Source: Eledone cirrhosa
Lineage: Eukaryota
Direction of reading: 5' to 3'
Assembly (NCBI GenBank): GCA_964016885.1
Contig: OZ024760.1
Span: forward strand, 17,546,001 to 17,610,000
DNA: 64,000 nucleotides
The notes beneath the pieces are model-generated. The model saw only the letters and a program-made list of their open reading frames with translations. It was not told the DNA's origin and did not search any database. Shown in pieces: positions 63,601-64,000 of this stretch (position 1 is its first letter; each line of letters starts with the position of its first letter). Both the position numbers and the translations under genes were made by a program.

Positions 63601-64000
63601 GGAGATAATTTGTAAAAAAAATCAAGGGGAGATAATTTCCAGCCGTCCAACGGGAGATAATTTTCAGCCGTCCAAGGGGAGATAATTTCCCGCCAGCCAA
63701 GGGGAGATAATATTTAAAAAAATCAGGCGAAGATAATTTGTAAAAAAAATCAGGGGGAGATAATTTGTAAAAAAATCAGGGGGAGATAATTTGTAAAAAA
63801 AAATCAGGGGTAGATAATTTGTAAAAAAAAATCAGGGGAGATAATTTGTAAAAAAAATCAGGGGGAGATAATTTGTAAAAAAAATCAAGGGGAGATAATT
63901 TGTAAAAAAAATCAAGGGGAGGTAATTTCCAGCCGTCCAAGGGGAGATAATTTTCAGCCGTCCAAGGAGAGGTAATTTCAAGCCGTCCAAGGGGAGATAA
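60700..64000 (+). repeat. Non-adjacent copy of ~40050-43345 (offset 20,655-20,656 bp), running off the window end
   Basis: CAGGCGTAGA (40174/60830), CAAGTGGAG, CCCACCAGCC, AAACTCAAGG and AAATATCAAGG markers occur in the same order. Six ORF pairs share the offset. Confidence 0.88.

Larger units (their letters stand above)
1..64000 (+). repeat. Composite satellite array of two monomers (25-bp type A, 26-29-bp type B) sharing the box CA(A/G)GGGGAGATAATTT; runs off both window ends
   Basis: Every stretch read parses as box+CCAGCCGTCC or box+GT(A)7-10TC, or minor variants. Head-to-tail throughout with no inversion seen. Roughly 2,400 monomers (64000/~26.3, an estimate). Confidence 0.99.

Noticed and set aside
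1-64000. CRISPR-like repeat-spacer layout
   Set aside because: Spacers are only 9-13 bp and of two recurring types rather than unique. There is no leader or cas gene.
1-64000. Canonical G-quadruplex motifs from G4/G5 runs
   Set aside because: Loops are ~21-23 nt, far beyond standard G4 motifs, so stable intramolecular G4 is not supported by sequence alone.
1-64000. Telomerase-type repeat (e.g. 25-bp yeast telomere units) or a known satellite family
   Set aside because: I recognise no match. Two monomer types with inherited variants and multi-kb higher-order structure indicate recombinational amplification, not templated addition.

Overview
All 64 kb is one uninterrupted, single-orientation tandem-repeat (satellite) array. 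I see no genes, RNA genes, transposons or unique sequence. It is built from two short monomers sharing a ~16-bp box, CA(A/G)GGGGAGATAATTT. Type A is 25 bp (AAGGGGAGATAATTTCCAGCCGTCC, 52% GC). Type B is 26-29 bp (AGGGGGAGATAATTTGT-A7..10-TC, ~30% GC). The monomers form alternating runs with stereotyped junction variants and a reproducible A-tract length order. These runs are nested into higher-order repeats of 125 bp, ~0.93, ~1.12, ~1.33, ~1.7 and 2.27 kb, a degenerate ~12 kb pair, a near-identical 14.36/14.70 kb pair and a dispersed copy 20.66 kb away. All ORFs in the track are by-products of the repeat. The array is most plausibly eukaryotic heterochromatic, centromeric or subtelomeric DNA. 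I do not recognise the organism or the satellite family. All alignments were done by eye, aided by ORF-track offsets.
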